From Candidatus Woesearchaeota archaeon (lineage in GTDB: Archaea > Nanobdellota > Nanobdellia > Pacearchaeales > GW2011-AR1): a stretch of 64,000 nucleotides of DNA. The stretch is taken from the NCBI GenBank assembly GCA_964448605.1, contig CAYUZV010000002.1, positions 39,804 through 103,803 on the forward strand, read 5' to 3'. A program made the translations under genes and the position numbers. Each line of letters begins with the position of its first letter. Position 1 is the first letter of the stretch. Shown here piece after piece: positions 53,825 to 63,434 of this stretch. The notes under the pieces were generated by a model. That model was not told where the DNA came from. It searched no databases and worked only from the letters and a program-made list of their open reading frames with translations.

Positions 53825-54382
53825 ATGGTAGAAATATATTCACCTGCAGAGGATTCGTGGTTAATACAAGATTGTTTGAAAGAATGGTTGAAGGGTAGAG
53901 ATGAAAATATTAGGATTTTGGATATGGGTTCGGGTTCTGGTATTTTGGGTCATAGTTGTATTGAAATGGGATTTGAGAATGTTTTATGTGTTGATATTTC
54001 TAAGGATGTTGTTTCTGAATTGAAAAAGAAGAGTTTGAATGCTATTCAAAGTGATTTATTTTCTAATGTTAGGAGTAAATTTGATTTGATTGTTTTTAAT
54101 TCTCCTTATTTGCCCTTGGATAAAAGGGAGCCCTTAGGTAGTCAGAGGAATACTACTGGAGGTGTTAAAGGTTGTGAAGTGATTGTTAGATTTTTGAGGG
54201 GGGTTGGGGATTTTTTGAGTGATAAAGGCAGGGTTTTGTTGTTGTTTTCTTCTTTGAGTTGTCCTGAAGTGATACTTGGAGAGTGTAAGAAATTGGGTTT
54301 TGATTTTATAAGAAAAGGTTTTAAAAAAGTGGATTTTGAGTTATTAGAGGTTTATGAGGTTTGGAAAAATAAGAGATGCTAA
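53825..54382 (+). CDS. N5-glutamine methyltransferase (Mtq2/PrmC-like)
   Basis: IYSPAEDSWL, ILDMGSGSGILG and VFNSPYLP (NPPY-type) motifs. Confidence 0.7.
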   Translation: MVEIYSPAEDSWLIQDCLKEWLKGRDENIRILDMGSGSGILGHSCIEMGFENVLCVDISKDVVSELKKKSLNAIQSDLFSNVRSKFDLIVFNSPYLPLDKREPLGSQRNTTGGVKGCEVIVRFLRGVGDFLSDKGRVLLLFSSLSCPEVILGECKKLGFDFIRKGFKKVDFELLEVYEVWKNKRC

Positions 54383-54400
54383 AAGAGTTATTGCTACTTG

Positions 54401-56455
54401 TTAATTGAAATCTACCTGACTAACTCCTCCGTCTTTTTTTATTTTAATTATATTATCAACAAAACTTTCTATTTTGGGTTCATGGCTTACTAAAATTAAT
54501 TGAGATATGTTTAATTGGTTTAGAATATCTCTCATTTTGTCTAATTGTTGTGTTGAGAATCCGTCTGTTGGTTCATCAAGAATGATTATATTTGATGTTC
54601 TTAAGTTACTTAAAATTGAATTTATAACTTGGTTTAAGGATAATCTGTATGCAAGTGCTATTGCAGTTCTTTCTCCACCACTTAGGAATGCATAATCTAA
54701 TTCATAATCCTGTTGCATAATTATTGGTGAAAAATCATCATCAAGTGTTGCTGTTAGAGAATCTGATACAAGTGTTGAAAACCATGTTGAGAATAATCTT
54801 GAAAATTCTTCTTTTAATGTTATCATTATTTGTTTTTCTGTGAATAGTATCAAATTTAAAAAATCATTGGAAATCCAGTATTCAAGTGCTCTTAAAAGTT
54901 CTATGTTTTTTTGAAGTTTTTCTTTTTCTTTTATTTGTTTGTCTAATTCAAGAATTTGTTGTTCTGTGAATTGAATTTCCTTGTTTATTTCTGCTTTTTT
55001 AATTAATAATTCATTTTCAGTTGTTTTTGCTTTTTTTAATTCTTCATCCTTTTCTCTAAAAATCTCATCATATTTTTCATATTCTTTTATTGAAATTTCT
55101 GTTTTTTTAATTAATTCATCAAAATGTTCTAAATCTTTTTTTAGTGAAGCTATTTGATTTTCAATTTGCTGTTTTTGTTCTTTTTTGTCTTTTAATGAAT
55201 CAATTTTTAGTTTTATGAGTTCTAATTCTGATTTTCTTTTTTTGAATTCTTCTTTTTGTTTTTTTGTTTCTTCAATTTTTTGAATTAATTCGTTTCTTTT
55301 TTCAGTTAATTTTGTTAGAGTGTTGAATATTTGTTTTTCTTCACTGTCTGCATTTGAAAAAATATTGTTTTTGTATTCTTCTGTTACTTGTTGAAGGCAG
55401 GTAGGACATTCTCTTAAATTTGAAATTTTGTTTTTTAAATCCTGTATTTCGGATTTTTTTGAATTTAAAGAGTTTATTCTGCTTATTATGTCTAAATATT
55501 CTTTTTGTATTTCATTTTCTTTTTGTTCCTGAAAGTTTATTCTTTGGTCTAATGAATCGTATTCTTCTTTGTTGAAAGTTATGTTTTCGTTTTGTTTTAT
55601 TTGTTCCTGGATATTTTTTAATGAATTCTGATTAAATATTATTTGTCTTGATTTTTCGTTTTTCATTAGTTCTGATTTTTCTTTTTCAGTTTCTATTTTC
55701 TTTTTTTCATTTATTTTTTCCTGTATTGCATTAAGAAGGTTTTCTTTTTCCTGTCTATTTTTAGTTGCATTTTCTGAATCTGTGTTTATTTTTATTTGAT
55801 TTTGTTTTAGAGTTTGAAAGAAGGTTTGTTTTTCTATTAAATTTTCTTTAGTTTTATCTAATTCAGAGATGAGTGTTTGATTTATTCTTATTTTTTCTCT
55901 TAATTTTGAAGCTAAAATTGAGGAATTTTCCTGTATTCGTTTGTATTTGTCAATTCCGAAAACATGTCTTAATGTGTTTAATCTTATGTCTCTTGATTCC
56001 TGGATTATTTGTTTCATTTCTTCTTGAGGTGTGTAAACTGTGAATTTGTATAAAAGGTTGGTTTTTTTAGAGAATTCTTTTGGATAGTTTAACAATTCAA
56101 GAATTTTGTTTTTTACCTCTGTTATGCTTGCTTCGTATTTTTCATTATCAATTGTTATTGATGCATAATCTTGTCCTATTGATTTTCCTTTTTTCTTTAG
56201 AGTTCTTTCTATTGTGATTTCTTTATTTTCTATTTCAAAATTTAATGTAACACTTGCTTCTTCTTCTCCATTTTTTAAAAGTGCAGTTGCTTTTTGAGAG
56301 GGTTGGAGTCCGAATAATGCAAATTCTATTGCTAAAAGAATTGTGGTTTTTCCAGAACCAATATCACCTGAAAGAAGTGTAGAACCTTTTGGGAATGTGA
56401 TTTTTTGTTCTTTATAACTTCTTAGGTTTTTAATATGAATTTTTTTTAAAAGCAT
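54401..56455 (-). CDS. rad50: DNA double-strand break repair ATPase Rad50
   Basis: Walker A GDIGSGKTT, long coiled coil with zinc hook CPTC, signature LSGGERTAIALA, Walker B IIILDEPT. Confidence 0.85.
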   Translation of the reverse strand: MLLKKIHIKNLRSYKEQKITFPKGSTLLSGDIGSGKTTILLAIEFALFGLQPSQKATALLKNGEEEASVTLNFEIENKEITIERTLKKKGKSIGQDYASITIDNEKYEASITEVKNKILELLNYPKEFSKKTNLLYKFTVYTPQEEMKQIIQESRDIRLNTLRHVFGIDKYKRIQENSSILASKLREKIRINQTLISELDKTKENLIEKQTFFQTLKQNQIKINTDSENATKNRQEKENLLNAIQEKINEKKKIETEKEKSELMKNEKSRQIIFNQNSLKNIQEQIKQNENITFNKEEYDSLDQRINFQEQKENEIQKEYLDIISRINSLNSKKSEIQDLKNKISNLRECPTCLQQVTEEYKNNIFSNADSEEKQIFNTLTKLTEKRNELIQKIEETKKQKEEFKKRKSELELIKLKIDSLKDKKEQKQQIENQIASLKKDLEHFDELIKKTEISIKEYEKYDEIFREKDEELKKAKTTENELLIKKAEINKEIQFTEQQILELDKQIKEKEKLQKNIELLRALEYWISNDFLNLILFTEKQIMITLKEEFSRLFSTWFSTLVSDSLTATLDDDFSPIIMQQDYELDYAFLSGGERTAIALAYRLSLNQVINSILSNLRTSNIIILDEPTDGFSTQQLDKMRDILNQLNISQLILVSHEPKIESFVDNIIKIKKDGGVSQVDFN

Positions 56456-56571
56456 TTTTTATTTATTAAAAGGATTTTATAAAGATGATTGTGGTTAAGT
56501 TTATAATGTGTTCTTTCCTTGGATATTTATGAAAAAGAGTATGTTGAATAGTCTTATCATAAACACTTCAG

Positions 56572-56850
56572 TTGATTAATTTTGATACAGATCCTGATGC
56601 AAGAGCTTGGGGATGTTCTTTTATGGAGGAATTTTTGAATTCTAGTTATTCAAGAAATATTTTTAGAAATCAGGATGAGGTATTGAGAACAGCTGAAGAA
56701 GCTGATTTTTTAGGATATCTTTTAGATAAGGGAGCATATCATCTTATTGATAAAATTTTTGTTTATGAATATTCTTCAAGAGTTCGTTTATTAAGATTTT
56801 ATAATAGAGTTATTGCTCCGAGGCATAGTGTTCCTAAGATAAATTTTTAA
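56572..56850 (+). CDS. hypothetical ORF between rad50 and mre11 (non-ATG start in the track)
   Basis: 92-codon ORF on the opposite strand. No motif. Confidence 0.25.
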   Translation: MINFDTDPDARAWGCSFMEEFLNSSYSRNIFRNQDEVLRTAEEADFLGYLLDKGAYHLIDKIFVYEYSSRVRLLRFYNRVIAPRHSVPKINF

Positions 56851-58034
56851 AACTCAATTCCTAAAACCTTTCCTAATTCGCCAAATAATCTTTGTTCAAA
56901 TATTGTTGATTTTTCACCTTCTTGTTTTTCTATATTCAGAGATTGGATAAGTGGAAAAATATATTTGTTAAAATCAGATTCGTTGTTTGCTTCGTATTTT
57001 TTTATTAAAACTTCTTCGATTTTTTCAGATTCTTTGCTGTCTAATTGAATTTCCATTTCTTGTTTTTCTTGTTCAAGTTTTGAGGTGTTTTTTAGAAATG
57101 AGTATGCTTGTTTGTTTTTCAGATAATCTTCTATTTCCTGGAATTTTATGTCAGAGGTTTTTCCTTGTTTTAGTTTTCCTTTTATTTTTAGTAAAACTAT
57201 TTTGTCTTTTAGCTCTCTTGATTCTAGTTCTTTTAGAATTGTTTGAGTTCCGATTAAGCTGTTTTCAATTTCTAATTCTATTAATTCTGTTTGTTTTATT
57301 GGAATTTCTTTTTTTGTGCATTTTGTATATCCATTTACATCAACTATGTAAAAACTTCCGTGTTTTAATTCCTCCAGTTCTTTGAAGTTGTTTGGGAAAG
57401 TAGGGCCTCCGTAAATCATTGGTTTTTCATTTAATTGTTTTTCAAAGTTTATGTGAATATGTCCTAAGGCATAATAATCTGCTTTTGGCACTTCGTTTAA
57501 TGATATTGTTTCTATTGGAAGATTTTTCATTTCTTCTATTTCTGATATTGTTGTGTGGAGCATGAGGATTCTGAATTTGCTTTCATAGGGTTCGGTTATT
57601 TTTATTTTTTTTAAATCAGGTATTTCAAGTCCTGATTTTTTTCCTGGATAACCATAAATGAGACAAGATTCGTGAGGTATTGGTTTTAGAATTATTTCTT
57701 CTTCTGTTTCTTCAAATTTTGTTATTTCGCAGAATCCTGCTTTTTCCAGAACTTCTAAAAAAGTTTTTCCTGAAACTGAATAATCGTGAGAACCTGCTAT
57801 TACATAGGATTTTATTCCTGAATCTTTTAATTTTTTGAATTCTGCAAATGTTTCTTTTAGAATTTCTATTGGAGGAAATGCTGAATCAAATAAATCTCCT
57901 GTAAATAAGATGAAATCTGTTTTTTCTTCTATGCAGATGTCTATTGCTTTTGAGAAAGATTCTAAGTTTAGTTTTTGGAGTTCTGGTTGTCTCCATGCTC
58001 CTAAATGGGAATCTGCAATATGTGCGAATTTCAT
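56847..58034 (-). CDS. mre11: DNA double-strand break repair nuclease Mre11
   Basis: MKFAHIADSHLG, GDLFD, AGSHD and LGHIH phosphoesterase motifs. Confidence 0.85.
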   Translation of the reverse strand: MKFAHIADSHLGAWRQPELQKLNLESFSKAIDICIEEKTDFILFTGDLFDSAFPPIEILKETFAEFKKLKDSGIKSYVIAGSHDYSVSGKTFLEVLEKAGFCEITKFEETEEEIILKPIPHESCLIYGYPGKKSGLEIPDLKKIKITEPYESKFRILMLHTTISEIEEMKNLPIETISLNEVPKADYYALGHIHINFEKQLNEKPMIYGGPTFPNNFKELEELKHGSFYIVDVNGYTKCTKKEIPIKQTELIELEIENSLIGTQTILKELESRELKDKIVLLKIKGKLKQGKTSDIKFQEIEDYLKNKQAYSFLKNTSKLEQEKQEMEIQLDSKESEKIEEVLIKKYEANNESDFNKYIFPLIQSLNIEKQEGEKSTIFEQRLFGELGKVLGIEF

Positions 58035-58241
58035 TTATATCTAAATATAGAATATTTATAAGAATAATTGTTATAGGATATGTTATTCCATATCTTCATC
58101 AATCATTTCTTCGGGAAGTTCATCTGAATCCATTTAAATCACCTAAAATTATATAGATTCTGAGGTTTTAAAAGGTTTCTGTGGTGAAATTAATGGTGAT
58201 TGTATTGCGAATATTTATATTTATTGAGTTTATTTTTGGTA

Positions 58242-58433
58242 ATGGATAAAGGATTTATTATGGAAATTTCTACAAGTATGATTGCTTTTACAGGTTTCTT
58301 GGCAGGGTTGTTTACTTCACTTTATTATTTTATTCAGATAAGGAATGTTAATTTTGTTGAAGGGCTTTTGTTTGCAGTAATATATTTAAATATTAATTTC
58401 CTATTTTTATATATCAAGAAAGGGGGCATATAA
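58242..58433 (+). CDS. small membrane protein
   Basis: 63 aa, two TM helices. Followed by the hairpin ggttccc-ttcg-ggaac at about 58436-58452. Confidence 0.3.
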   Translation: MDKGFIMEISTSMIAFTGFLAGLFTSLYYFIQIRNVNFVEGLLFAVIYLNINFLFLYIKKGGI

Positions 58434-58576
58434 ACAGGTTCCCTTCGGGAACTTCTAGAATTTATATGCCTTATGAAAAGGTGGTTAAAATGAAATTTGT
58501 TTAGGATGATTTATATGTTTTGGTTTTATTCTATAGTATAGGTAATCTATTTAAACCTGGTTTTGTTTGTTAGATT

Positions 58577-58855
58577 ATGAAAGCTTTGAAACCATCGCAT
58601 AGAGAGAATAAAAGGTATCTTTTGATAAAGGGCAGTGATGCTAATAAGAATGCTGTTGAGGAGATTATTTTGGAGTTTTTGGGTGTTATCGGTTATGCTG
58701 ATGTTTGTCCTAATGTTATTTCTTCAGGTAGTGGGAAGTTGGTTTTGAGCATTAATAGGAAAATGATTGATAAAGTCAGAGCTTGTTTTTTTATGAGTGG
58801 CAGGGATTTGAGGGTTGAGAGAGTTAGTGGGAGTGTAAAGGGTGTTCAGAGTTGA
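58577..58855 (+). CDS. RNase P protein component Pop5/Rpp14-like
   Basis: LKPSHRENKRYLLIKG ... RVSGSVKG fits the Pop5 pattern. Shorter than typical. Confidence 0.55.
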   Translation: MKALKPSHRENKRYLLIKGSDANKNAVEEIILEFLGVIGYADVCPNVISSGSGKLVLSINRKMIDKVRACFFMSGRDLRVERVSGSVKGVQS

Positions 58856-58938
58856 GGGGGTGTGTATAACCTACAGACATATGTCTAGTGGTCGCACATA
58901 GTGATGTTAAAAAAATAATTTTTGTTGGGAAGTTAAAA

Positions 58939-59175
58939 TCACCTTCTAAAATGATGCTTTTCTAAATAATCAGTTAGAGATTCATTTTTGCATTGATGAT
59001 GTCCGCAGTCATTCGCACATGTTTCTTGTAAATCTGATAATGAAATTCCATGGCTTTGGAGCATTCCAATTCTATAATCATGTATGCAAACTGTTCTAAG
59101 AAGTTCTCTTTGTTCTAAATAAGATGAATTTCTGAATCCATCTCTATTAGTTGGTTTTTTTGCTTCTGTAATCAT
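58939..59175 (-). CDS. hypothetical protein
   Basis: 78-aa ORF, His/Cys-containing C-terminal half. Confidence 0.3.
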   Translation of the reverse strand: MITEAKKPTNRDGFRNSSYLEQRELLRTVCIHDYRIGMLQSHGISLSDLQETCANDCGHHQCKNESLTDYLEKHHFRR

Positions 59176-59197
59176 TTCTTTTTTAAGTATTTATATT

Positions 59198-60862
59198 TTA
59201 AATATCTACTTCAAAATTTGTTCCTATTGAGTTTCCTGCTTCGTCATTTATCTGTATATCAATTGAATGATTTCCGTTTCTGAATCTTAATCTTTTTTCG
59301 CATTTGTTTTCATCTAATCTATTGCATAATCTTCTCCATCTTGGTCTTCTGTCATTTCTGTCAATATAATAAGCACTTTCAAAATTTTCTTCTTTTATTT
59401 CAAGAGAAACATAAACATTCCTATCTTCTTTTTCCCAAAATGTATCTGGATTTAATAATTCTGGAGGAGTTGTGTCAACATCTAAGATGACTGGTTTGCT
59501 TTCTGCTTTGTTTCCTACTAAATCAGTTAATTCAAACCAGTATTTTATTTCTGTATATCCTGTTAAATCAACATTGGTATTGCATGAAAATCCTCTTCTG
59601 CCTTCAAGACATTCACTTAAATTAAGGGTTTTTTGTTCTGTTTTTGACTGGTTTTTATAGTATAAAATTAATTCAACTGGATTTTCTTCTCTGAATTCTA
59701 CTTCAAATATTCCTGATGCAAAACCTCTTTTAGGTTCTGTTTTTGAGATTCTTGGTTCTTTTGAGTCAACAAAAAAGTTGATGGTTTCTGAAACTTTGTT
59801 TCCTGACTCATCTTTTACAAAAATAGTCAGATTATGCTCTCCGTCTCTGAAAGATAATCTTTCAGTACATTTGTTTCCTTCCATTCGTCTGCAAATGCTT
59901 CTTTCTCTTGCTCTTGAATCTAATGTGTCAATGTATGTTATTTCATCTAATCTTGATTCATTTATTTCTATATCTAAGTAAACATATCTATCGTCAAATG
60001 AATAATTTAAGTAAATTATTTCTGGTAGAGATATATCTACGAAAAATTCTTCTTTTTTTGTTTCGTCTTTGCTTCCTGCCATATCTATTAATTCAAACCA
60101 GAATTCAATATTTTGATTGCTGTAAGGTGTAATTACTTTTAAATATTCATCAAATGTTATTTGCTCTTCGCAAATTTGTCTTCCTCTTTCTTCTACACAA
60201 TTACTTAAATTAAAAGGCAATACCTGATAACCTGTTAAAGAATTTCCAAAATGGAGGAGTAATGCTGCAGGATTTTCTTCTTTAAATTCTACAATGTATT
60301 TTCCCTGATAATCTGTTTCTGCTTTTGAGATTCTTGGTTCTTTTGAATCTACATAAAATTGTACTTTTTTTTCAACCGAATTTGAATTTCTGTCTCTCAT
60401 TTTTATTGTTATGTCATTTAATCCATCTCTAAAACTTATATATCTTGAAAATGATTCTGTTAATGAAGATAGTCTTTTCCATCTTCCTCTTCCGTTTATG
60501 TTGTCTATGTAAGTTAAAGAAAAAGGTTCTTCAGATTCAAGGTCAAATAAAACTTTTCTTGAATTATATATTTCGTCTTGTATTGGAGAATTGATTGTTA
60601 CATTTGGAGGTTCTTGGTCTATTGAGGAGTTGTTTCCTAAAATTTTGCATCCTTCTATATCTCTGCATTTGTAAGGTGCAGTTGGATAATAGTTGTCTGT
60701 AACACATATCTGACATATATCGTGGTAACAGGTTTTTAAGGGATTCTCTTCATCAGGTATTGATTGTCCGTAAGTTAGACATAATCTTTGATAAGCAGAT
60801 ACGAAACTTAGGGTTATTGTTAAAATTAATACTAAACTTAAGATGATTTTTGTGTTTTTCAT
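59198..60862 (-). CDS. secreted protein with three internal repeats of an about 170-aa module
   Basis: Signal peptide present. The block ..FRDG.N.ITI...D..GN......F.VDSKEPRISK.. recurs. Cys-rich N-terminus. Confidence 0.6.
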   Translation of the reverse strand: MKNTKIILSLVLILTITLSFVSAYQRLCLTYGQSIPDEENPLKTCYHDICQICVTDNYYPTAPYKCRDIEGCKILGNNSSIDQEPPNVTINSPIQDEIYNSRKVLFDLESEEPFSLTYIDNINGRGRWKRLSSLTESFSRYISFRDGLNDITIKMRDRNSNSVEKKVQFYVDSKEPRISKAETDYQGKYIVEFKEENPAALLLHFGNSLTGYQVLPFNLSNCVEERGRQICEEQITFDEYLKVITPYSNQNIEFWFELIDMAGSKDETKKEEFFVDISLPEIIYLNYSFDDRYVYLDIEINESRLDEITYIDTLDSRARERSICRRMEGNKCTERLSFRDGEHNLTIFVKDESGNKVSETINFFVDSKEPRISKTEPKRGFASGIFEVEFREENPVELILYYKNQSKTEQKTLNLSECLEGRRGFSCNTNVDLTGYTEIKYWFELTDLVGNKAESKPVILDVDTTPPELLNPDTFWEKEDRNVYVSLEIKEENFESAYYIDRNDRRPRWRRLCNRLDENKCEKRLRFRNGNHSIDIQINDEAGNSIGTNFEVDI

Positions 60863-60977
60863 TTTCTTTTTTATTTTGTCTATTCCTTTATTTAAAAGGA
60901 TTTGTGTGATTTATCTCAATCATCTCCTTTTTTTAAAAAAGGGGAAGCTAAATTAAAAAAATAAAAGAAATAAAAAT

Positions 60978-62117
60978 TTAAATTGCTTCTCCCCAGAAGT
61001 AAATACTTCCTGTGTCAAAATCTCCGTTACATGGCTCTGGCAAATCAAGTCTAAATGTTATAGACATTTCAGCGCCTGGTGCTAGTGTGTTTGCAACATA
61101 GTAAGGTCCTTGTTTCTGTGCCTGAAGTATTTCAGCATTTTCATAGAATGGATTTGGATCATTAAAACCAATACCATATTCTATATTACAATAACCTTCT
61201 GCATCGCAATTTCTGTTTCCATTAACAGCATCTTCCTCTAAATCTTTTGATGTTGAGTAAGCACCGTTTGTAGCAAAGTATCTGAAATTGCTCAATGCAA
61301 GTTGATTTGTAGTAGGGCACATTGCTCCACTGCTTGCTGAGTCGTAGAAGTCTGTTCCTGATATAAACATATCAAGCATAACTCCTGAACCTTGGTCAGC
61401 ATCATTTCCAACTAACATTGTGTCTGAATAAGAACTTGTTCCAGGTCTTACATCTTCAAACCACATGTCTCCATCAATACTTAATGCAACAAATGGGTTG
61501 AAATACCAGTATTCGTTCTCATCCATTGTTCCAGAATAGCCGTCGTAATCCATTGCCTCAACAGTTACCCAGTACTCTCCCCACATACTATCTGCTGTTT
61601 CAACAGTTAAAGTACATTCGTAGTACTGCATAGTGTCTTTGTTAAATTTGTGCAATTTTTCTTCAAGAATTCTTGCATTACATGAATCTGGAATTCTTGG
61701 TGCACATCCTTTTTCGTCGCAAATTTCGTCAACATCTCTTACAAAATAAGGACTTGTTTCCTGACAATTAACTTCTATTTCATTACCTATTCCCTGAATA
61801 TCACCAACTGTTGCAAAAACATCTTCAATTTTTTCTTTTCCATTCTTATCCATTACAAGAACATTCCATTGAATTTGTTCACCTTCGAAAGCATAATTGT
61901 TTATTCTTTCGATTAATTCAGTTCCATCTGGTGATACTCTTCCAGGTTCTGTTGCATCATCAAGCACTATCCTATTATCACACATCCAAACTATTGGTTC
62001 AAAATCTTCTGTGATAATGTCTGGAGTAACACCTGTTCCGACACTTACACCCAAAATCATAGGCATAACTGAAACAACTAACATAGCCATAGCCAATAAG
62101 CTAAATAGCTTTTTCAT
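60978..62117 (-). CDS. secreted/surface protein
   Basis: MKKLFSLLAMAMLVVSVMPMILG signal sequence from the ATG at 62117. Acidic and Cys-containing. Confidence 0.5.
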   Translation of the reverse strand: MKKLFSLLAMAMLVVSVMPMILGVSVGTGVTPDIITEDFEPIVWMCDNRIVLDDATEPGRVSPDGTELIERINNYAFEGEQIQWNVLVMDKNGKEKIEDVFATVGDIQGIGNEIEVNCQETSPYFVRDVDEICDEKGCAPRIPDSCNARILEEKLHKFNKDTMQYYECTLTVETADSMWGEYWVTVEAMDYDGYSGTMDENEYWYFNPFVALSIDGDMWFEDVRPGTSSYSDTMLVGNDADQGSGVMLDMFISGTDFYDSASSGAMCPTTNQLALSNFRYFATNGAYSTSKDLEEDAVNGNRNCDAEGYCNIEYGIGFNDPNPFYENAEILQAQKQGPYYVANTLAPGAEMSITFRLDLPEPCNGDFDTGSIYFWGEAI

Positions 62118-62389
62118 TTTATATTTATTTTTATAACCTCCTTTCAGTAATTTTAAATTTGAGAATTTTTCTATTGTTTGACTCTTTTTTGATTCACTCA
62201 TAAGTTACATTCGTCAAAAAATCTTTATAAAGAATTTCGGGATGAGAAATATATTTCCCAATTTCCCGAATATAAATGTATATTTTGCTAAGTATAGAAG
62301 TTTTACTTACTTAAAATTGATGAAAAGTTTTTAGAAAAAGTATTAATACTTCAAAAGGTTTATAAGTAGAAATATTTAGGTAAAAATAT

Positions 62390-62473
62390 GCGAGGGTTCC
62401 CGAGTGGTCAAAGGGGCAGGACTTAAGATCCTGTGACTTAGTGTCTTCGGGGGTTCGAATCCTCCCCCTCGCA
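62390..62473 (+). tRNA. tRNA-Leu (UAA)
   Basis: Acceptor GCGAGGG/CCCTCGC, anticodon arm CAGGA-CTTAAGA-TCCTG, long variable arm, T arm GGGGG-TTCGAAT-CCTCC. Confidence 0.9.
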
Positions 62474-62542
62474 TTTTGATATTGATGGTTTTAAATTATC
62501 TGGTTCCAAAAACTATTTAATAGGTTAGTGATTTATTTATTT

Positions 62543-63178
62543 ATGAATAAAAATTCCAACCTTAGCAAGCAGGGCATTTTTAAGTTCCAACTGAAACTGC
62601 CTCGCCACCTTAGAAACAACATCCCTAATATTAGATTCAGTTGGAACAATAAAAAAGGGCAGGTTTATCTTTTGGCAGCGATTATAATTTCAATTGCAGT
62701 TATTGGTTTGGGTTCGAGGGGAAATTGGATTTCTGTGAAACCTTCGCCAAAGGTGATTTATGATTTGGAAGAGGATTTGAAAAAAGAGAGTTATGAAATT
62801 GTTGATTATGGTATTTATAATGGGCAGGATGTTGATTTGCTTATTGAGAATTTTATTGATTCAGAGTTTGCTCCTTATTTTTTGAGAAAGACGGATGATT
62901 CCAATATTGTTTTTGTTTATGGTGATAAGAATAATCTGAAAGCTATGAAATATCAGAGTGCGATTAGTGGTGAGATAAATGCGAAGATTGGGGCGAATGT
63001 TAATTGGCAGAATTTTGGAACATTTTCAGAGGAGATTGATGTTGTTTTGCATGGTGATGAAATTGTTGTTAGTGTTTTGGATAGGGATTATTTTTTTAAT
63101 TTGAGAGATAATGAAATGTTTTATTTTATAATTGTTCAGAAGAGGGATGGAGAGATTCATGTTGAGATTAATGATTAG
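62543..63178 (+). CDS. possible archaeal type IV pilin-like protein (class III signal peptide)
   Basis: NNKKGQVYLLAAIIISIAVIGLG: a basic stretch, then Gly, then a hydrophobic helix. Tentative. Confidence 0.35.
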   Translation: MNKNSNLSKQGIFKFQLKLPRHLRNNIPNIRFSWNNKKGQVYLLAAIIISIAVIGLGSRGNWISVKPSPKVIYDLEEDLKKESYEIVDYGIYNGQDVDLLIENFIDSEFAPYFLRKTDDSNIVFVYGDKNNLKAMKYQSAISGEINAKIGANVNWQNFGTFSEEIDVVLHGDEIVVSVLDRDYFFNLRDNEMFYFIIVQKRDGEIHVEIND

Positions 63179-63211
63179 ATTTATAAATGCTTTTTGAATA
63201 ATGATTTATAT

Positions 63212-63286
63212 GCCTCGTTAGCTCAGTCTGGTTAGAGCACCGGCCTTTTAAGCCGGGTGTCGCAGGTTCAAATCCTGTACGGGGCA
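63212..63286 (+). tRNA. tRNA-Lys (UUU)
   Basis: Acceptor GCCTCGT/ACGGGGC, anticodon arm CCGGC-CTTTTAA-GCCGG, T arm GCAGG-TTCAAAT-CCTGT. Confidence 0.9.
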
Positions 63287-63434
63287 TAATATTATAATAA
63301 TTTTTATTAATGACAGATGATTGATTTTATTATGATATCTCTGAAAATGGTTTGTTATATGGAAAGTTGTGATTGATTATTTTCAATCTTGAACCCACCA
63401 AACATTTTATAAACTCTTTTTTGGTTTAAGATAT

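Noticed and set aside
22095-62136. Further embedded track ORFs (22095-22352, 22984-23169, 26784-26969, 30960-31364, 31967-32227, 32512-32730, 34117-34305, 35428-35888, 37489-37671, 39545-39743, 41124-41596, 44989-45755, 46276-46612, 48547-48741, 51222-51449, 51703-51885, 52418-52600, 54507-54695, 56987-57385, 57835-58156, 59472-60132, 61811-62136, 63466-63969)
   Set aside because: The same reasoning applies: each overlaps a better-supported gene or repeat on the same or the opposite strand.
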